DNA from: Candidatus Cloacimonadota bacterium
Lineage (GTDB): Bacteria; Cloacimonadota; Cloacimonadia; Cloacimonadales; WRIO01
Length of the DNA stretch: 32,926 nucleotides
Direction: 5' to 3'
Assembly: GCA_029564175.1 (NCBI GenBank)
Contig: JAKQQL010000255.1
Span: 1-32,926 of the forward strand
This document shows positions 28,298-32,926 of this stretch, one piece after another. Numbering within the stretch: the stretch's first letter is position 1; each line of letters opens with the position of its first letter. Both the position numbers and the translations under genes were made by a program. The notes beneath the pieces were generated by a model. It saw nothing but the letters and a program-made list of their open reading frames with translations, was not told the DNA's origin and searched no databases.

Positions 28298-30595
28298 ATG
28301 GCATTTAAATTAAAATCACATCCGGAAATATTACTGGCAGATCATCTGAGGATCTGCAGGGAAAACGGTTTATCATTACTGAAAAAGCATGGTCTGTTCA
28401 CAGAATATCAGGACTTAATAGAGATGGTTCTTCTTTTTCATGATTTGGGAAAGGCTTCACACTACTTTCAAGACTATCTTTCCGGTAAAACAGTCAATGA
28501 TAAATTTAAAAAACATGCTGAGATCTCTGCCTTGTGGGCATTTTTCGTGATAAGAGAGCAGTGTAACAAAGATCTTAAATCTGCACTTTTAGCTTATTTA
28601 CTAATCAGAAGACATCATGGAGAGATCAAAAACTTTGAAGACAATTTTGTTGATGATCTGGAGCCTGATGACCTGATCAGAATCAGTCAGAAGATTGATT
28701 ATGAGGAATTAAAGCTGATCTATAAGCCATACCTGAGTACCGATAAGCTGAGTCATCAGTACTTTGAAGATTTACTGAACGATGAAAGGGAGTCATTCCT
28801 GTATTCTTTAGCAGAAAAAAACAAAACCTGGGATTTTCAGGATTATTTTCTGGTGAATTACCTGTTTTCCCTCTTAATCTATTCTGATAAACAGCATGCC
28901 ATTTTTGAAAAACAGATAAGCCGTGAGCACAGTCATTACTGGCAATCAGCTTATGTCTTTAATTTTAAGAACTCTCTAAAAAGAAATGAAAATGTGATGA
29001 CAAAGGTCAGAGAAGATGCTTATCTCTCTGCTGAAAAACATTTGGATCCTGATAAGTCAATTTTCTCTCTCAATCTTCCCACCGGAGCCGGTAAAACCTT
29101 AAATGCCATCAATCTGGCTCTTAAGTTAAAAGAATCAATCCCGACTATTGAAAGAATCATCTATTGCCTGCCCTTTACTTCTATCATTGATCAGAATGAA
29201 AAGGTGTTTGCAAATATTCTCGAATATCATCAGATCTTGCCTGAATCAGATTTACTACTAAAAAACCATCATTTGAGCGATTTAAATTACTATATCGGCA
29301 ATGAACTGCAGAAGGAAAAAGAAAGCGAGTTTCTGATCGAGACCTGGGAAAGCCAGCTTGTTGTTACTACCTTTTATCAGTTGCTCCATTCGCTTTTATC
29401 CAATCAAAACAGGGCATTACGTAAATTTCATAATATCTCAAACTCAGTGGTTATCCTTGACGAAATACAGGCTGTTCCTCACAAATACTGGTTTTTAATC
29501 AAAGAAACACTGAAAAAAGTTGTCTCTCTTCTGAATTGCAAAATCATTCTCGTTACAGCTACCATGCCTCTGATATTTGATGAGAGAAAGCATGAAATCA
29601 CAGAACTGGCAACAGAGAAACTCAGTTATTTTAAAAAACTGGACCGGATAGACTTAAATCTGAGTATGTTTAAACAGGCAATTGAAATGAGCATGTTACT
29701 TGAATATCTGGAAGAACAGATCAGCCGGCATCAGCACCAGAGTCATCTCATTATCCTCAATACCATAAAATCAGCAAAAGAAGTTTGCGAAGGACTTAAA
29801 GATATATTCCCTGACAGAGATGTATTATTTTTATCTTCTCATGTGATTCCGCTTCACCGATTAAAACGAATAGAAGATATAAAATCAAAAGCAAAAGGGA
29901 AGATCGTCGTCTCTACCCAATTGATAGAGGCGGGTGTCGATATCGACATGGATTTTGTGTACCGCGATTTTGCCCCTCTGGACTCTGTCTTTCAGTCCTG
30001 TGGCAGGTGCAATCGTAACAACAGCAAAGAAAAATCTCAGGTTTTCCTCTTTGAATTACTGGATAAAAAAGGGAAGCCTTTGCATGCTTATGTCTATGAT
30101 CAGGTCTTGACAGACCATACCCGCAGGTGTCTTGATCAGAAAACATCTGTACCTGAATCCAATTTCTATCACCTGGCAGAGCAATACTATCAAGGCTTGA
30201 ACGAATTAAGCAGTCATTCTGTCTCTGATCAGCTTATCGGTAAAATCAGTAATCTATCCTATGAAAGTGCCTTTAGTTTTCACGAAAAAGAAGCGTTCAA
30301 ACTGATTGATTCATTACAAACCTGTACGGTTTTCATTGAGTATGATCACACAGCCTGTGAGATATATCAGAGATATCAGGAATTGAAAGCAAACCAGGAA
30401 ATGGATACTTTTGAGAGAAAGACACAGTTAAAAAAAGTATTCAGAGAAATGGCGCCTTACATGATTAACCTTCAAAAAAAATACTGTGAAGGAAACGACG
30501 AGTTTTTCTATATCAGTTACGAAAGAAAAGACACCTGTTATAGTCCTGAAACAGGGTTTAAACTCACTCAGGAAGCGGAGGATTACATTATCTGA
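28298..30595 (+). CDS. cas3: Cas3 HD nuclease-helicase
   Basis: HD domain 'ADHL...FHDLGKA', Walker A 'PTGAGKT', 'LDEIQ', 'TAT', 'STQLIEAGVDID', 'QSCGRCNR'. Confidence 0.96.
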   Translation: MAFKLKSHPEILLADHLRICRENGLSLLKKHGLFTEYQDLIEMVLLFHDLGKASHYFQDYLSGKTVNDKFKKHAEISALWAFFVIREQCNKDLKSALLAYLLIRRHHGEIKNFEDNFVDDLEPDDLIRISQKIDYEELKLIYKPYLSTDKLSHQYFEDLLNDERESFLYSLAEKNKTWDFQDYFLVNYLFSLLIYSDKQHAIFEKQISREHSHYWQSAYVFNFKNSLKRNENVMTKVREDAYLSAEKHLDPDKSIFSLNLPTGAGKTLNAINLALKLKESIPTIERIIYCLPFTSIIDQNEKVFANILEYHQILPESDLLLKNHHLSDLNYYIGNELQKEKESEFLIETWESQLVVTTFYQLLHSLLSNQNRALRKFHNISNSVVILDEIQAVPHKYWFLIKETLKKVVSLLNCKIILVTATMPLIFDERKHEITELATEKLSYFKKLDRIDLNLSMFKQAIEMSMLLEYLEEQISRHQHQSHLIILNTIKSAKEVCEGLKDIFPDRDVLFLSSHVIPLHRLKRIEDIKSKAKGKIVVSTQLIEAGVDIDMDFVYRDFAPLDSVFQSCGRCNRNNSKEKSQVFLFELLDKKGKPLHAYVYDQVLTDHTRRCLDQKTSVPESNFYHLAEQYYQGLNELSSHSVSDQLIGKISNLSYESAFSFHEKEAFKLIDSLQTCTVFIEYDHTACEIYQRYQELKANQEMDTFERKTQLKKVFREMAPYMINLQKKYCEGNDEFFYISYERKDTCYSPETGFKLTQEAEDYII

Positions 30596-31596
30596 TGGAA
30601 TTATATTTAACCAGTTACGGCACATATCTCCATAAAAAGGGAAAGCTCTTCGAAGTAGAGATGAATGGCATTAAAAAACAGTTTTCACCTGAAAAAATCT
30701 CATCAGTCATTTTCACTAATGCAGCCACCCTATCGACAGATGCAATTCAAATGGCAATGGAGTTTAATATCGATATCATTTTTTTAAGTGAACAGGGAGA
30801 CCCCTATGGCAGAATCTGGTATCCCAAATTAGGCAGTACCACTTTTATCCGCAGAAAACAGCTGGAGATTTATACTCAGGATGAAGGGCTGATCTTTGTT
30901 AAAAAATGGATACTCAGAAAATGTGAAAACCAGCAGAAATTTGTAAAACTCCTATTGTCAAAGAGACCTGATGCTGATCAAAAACTCTCTGATTATCTTG
31001 ATAGAATGAATAAGCATTGCCAGGAGATAGAACATATTAGCGATCAAATCTCACTATCAGCTGCCAGCCTGATGGGACATGAAGGCAATCACTCCCGAAT
31101 GTATTTCAGCTCGCTCAGTCAGCTGATTCCTGATCAGTACCGATTTGAGGGGAGATCCTCACGACCGGCTAAAGATACCTTTAATGCTTTCCTCAATTAT
31201 GGTTATGGGATTCTTTATTCAAAAGTGGAAAAAGCACTGATTATTGCCGGTTTAGACCCTTATATCGGCTTACTTCACACAGATAACTACAACAAAAAAT
31301 CACTGGTTTTTGATTTTATAGAACCATACCGCTATTTAGTGGACAGACCTGTCTTTTACTTGTTTTCCAGACATAAGATCAAAGAAGAACATAGCGAAGC
31401 AGTCAAAGACGGCGTAAAAGTCAATACAGATGGGAAAAGACTCTTATTATCTGCGTTGGTCGAGCATTTCGATACGGTAATCCGATATGGCAACAGAAAT
31501 ATGAAAACCATCGATCAGATCCAGTCTGATGCCCATAGTTTTGCCAATTACCTGATTGGCAGAAAAAGCATTTTTATGGAAGAGAGCAAGGAGTAA
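30595..31596 (+). CDS. cas1: Cas1 integrase
   Basis: 'LMGHEG...YF', 'FNAFLNYGYGILY', 'GLDPYIGLLH', 'SLVFDFIEPYR'; TGATG overlap with cas3. Confidence 0.96.
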   Translation: MELYLTSYGTYLHKKGKLFEVEMNGIKKQFSPEKISSVIFTNAATLSTDAIQMAMEFNIDIIFLSEQGDPYGRIWYPKLGSTTFIRRKQLEIYTQDEGLIFVKKWILRKCENQQKFVKLLLSKRPDADQKLSDYLDRMNKHCQEIEHISDQISLSAASLMGHEGNHSRMYFSSLSQLIPDQYRFEGRSSRPAKDTFNAFLNYGYGILYSKVEKALIIAGLDPYIGLLHTDNYNKKSLVFDFIEPYRYLVDRPVFYLFSRHKIKEEHSEAVKDGVKVNTDGKRLLLSALVEHFDTVIRYGNRNMKTIDQIQSDAHSFANYLIGRKSIFMEESKE

Positions 31597-31632
31597 TGAT
31601 GTTAGAAAAAGTGGCATGGGTATAAACGGGCT

Positions 31633-31676
31633 GTAGGGATTTGCGAAATGAAGCGAAGCGAAATGCCGTAAATCCG
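31633..31676 (+). repeat. 44-bp GTAG hairpin element in the cas1-cas2 gap
   Basis: GTAG-GGATTTGCG-N21-CGTAAATCC-G; exact inverted copy of 8279-8322. Confidence 0.9.
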
Positions 31677-31757
31677 CTCTGATAAGCAGTAGCTGAATGA
31701 TTGCCTATATGTTTATCAGATTGATCTGCATTAAAAAAACGAAATAAAGGAGAAAAT

Positions 31758-32048
31758 ATGTTAACCTGGGTACTATATGATATTCAAAAAGACAGGATAC
31801 GTAATAAAGTAGCAAAGACCTGCCTGGAAAGTGGCATCTATCGGGTTCAGAAATCAGTCTTTTTGGGTGAATTAAATCACACACAGTTAAAGGAATTACA
31901 GTTAAAAATCGAAGAGATCTGTGATGATGAATCTGATTCTGTTTATATATTCCCCATGTGCAAAGAAGACTTCAATTCATGTATATTGTATGGGCAGGCA
32001 TTTGACAAAGAGCTCATAAGCGATGAAGTAAAGGCTTTATTCTTATGA
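31758..32048 (+). CDS. cas2: Cas2
   Basis: 96 aa; 'VLYDI...R.KVAK.C...G.YRVQKSVF', 'DSVYIFPMC'. Confidence 0.96.
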   Translation: MLTWVLYDIQKDRIRNKVAKTCLESGIYRVQKSVFLGELNHTQLKELQLKIEEICDDESDSVYIFPMCKEDFNSCILYGQAFDKELISDEVKALFL

Positions 32049-32641
32049 TACTAGAAGGAAACCAGTTTGTAACGACCTCTGAAGTCATCGAATATCTTTA
32101 TTGCCCAAGATTTATCTATTACATGAATTCACTCAAAATACCCCAACACGAACACCGCAGGGCTTTAGTTAATAAAGGCAGGGATATCCATGAGCTGAAA
32201 CTGGTCAGAAATAAGGATTATATTAGAAAGAGATTAAACTGTTCTGATAAAATATGCGATGTTTACCTAAGCTCTGAAACGTTAAAACTAGTTGGGAAAA
32301 TGGATGAAATCCTGATTCTGAATGATGGAAGCATGGCTCCTCTGGATTATAAATTCGCAAGCTGGAACAATAAAGTGTATATAACCCTGCTTATCCAGCA
32401 GGTATTGTATGCCCTGCTCATTGAGGCACACTATCAAACTCAGGTAACAAAGGCATTTATCGTTTATATCCGCAGTAAAAACCATGTCGAAGAAATTCCG
32501 ATTACACAAAAACAAAAAGAAAAAGCAAAGAAAATAGTTGACGAAATCTTTGCTATTCTGAATATGAATTACTATCCGAAAGGAACAAAACAAAAACGAA
32601 AGTGTGAAGACTGTACCTACCGAAATATTTGCATTTCCTGA
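32045..32641 (+). CDS. cas4: Cas4 RecB-like nuclease with Fe-S cysteines
   Basis: 'YCPR', 'GKMD', 'PLDYK', 'QQVLYA', C-terminal 'KCEDCTYRNIC'; ATGA overlap with cas2. Confidence 0.94.
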   Translation: MILEGNQFVTTSEVIEYLYCPRFIYYMNSLKIPQHEHRRALVNKGRDIHELKLVRNKDYIRKRLNCSDKICDVYLSSETLKLVGKMDEILILNDGSMAPLDYKFASWNNKVYITLLIQQVLYALLIEAHYQTQVTKAFIVYIRSKNHVEEIPITQKQKEKAKKIVDEIFAILNMNYYPKGTKQKRKCEDCTYRNICIS

Positions 32642-32823
32642 GAGAAATTTATTGACAAAATTCGGTAGAAAATGTTCTTTGATAGTATTATAGCGTGTCT
32701 TAAGATGTCTGAGATTGATAAAGTATGTCTTGTTTGAATAGAAATCAAATCTCTATTGAAGATATCAGCTGATGAGAATCATTATTATCTGTCTGAAATA
32801 TAAAAAGATAGATTCAGAAACGG
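32642..32823 (+). promoter_or_regulatory. CRISPR leader
   Basis: AT-rich non-coding stretch between cas4 and the first repeat; contains TTGACA at 32652. Confidence 0.7.
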
Positions 32824-32926
32824 ATTCTTATCCAATAATCCAACAAACCAAGGATTGAAACGACCTGGGTCTGTGGTTGTAATCTGAACATTTGCAGTCA
32901 TTCTTATCCAATAATCCAACAAACCA
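32824..32926 (+). CRISPR. Start of the canonical CRISPR array (truncated by window edge)
   Basis: Repeat ATTCTTATCCAATAATCCAACAAACCAAGGATTGAAAC (32824-32861, 38 nt), 38-nt spacer 32862-32899, second repeat from 32900; ATTGAAAC 3' end typical of I-B. Confidence 0.9.

Overview
AT-rich bacterial chromosomal window, probably FCB group/Candidatus Cloacimonadota-like (inferred from a secreted protein ending in 'LPVTLSSF...YPNPFNP' plus FlgD-Ig/T9SS-type C-terminus). Left to right: a giant (>=1392 aa) secreted Fn3-like/beta-helix protein on the minus strand that runs off the window edge and is missing from the ORF track; leuS; an MCP - amidohydrolase - DUF2723 glycosyltransferase block; a secreted beta-helix protein; an Eis-like GNAT; a minus-strand hybrid histidine kinase - response regulator - lipoprotein unit; and a complete type I-B CRISPR-Cas locus (cas6-cas8b[with internal cas11]-cas7-cas5-cas3-cas1-cas2-cas4, leader, start of array at the right edge). 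Intergenic DNA is densely populated by several families of palindromic REP-like elements. The most unusual feature is a second, CRISPR-like mini-array just upstream of cas6 (23193-23555): six 30-nt shortened versions of the 38-nt CRISPR repeat separated by five near-identical 36-37-nt 'spacers'. These spacers are copies of a host GTAG-type REP hairpin whose relatives sit in the cas operon's own intergenic gaps and elsewhere in the window. All assignments were made by eye; no database searches were run.
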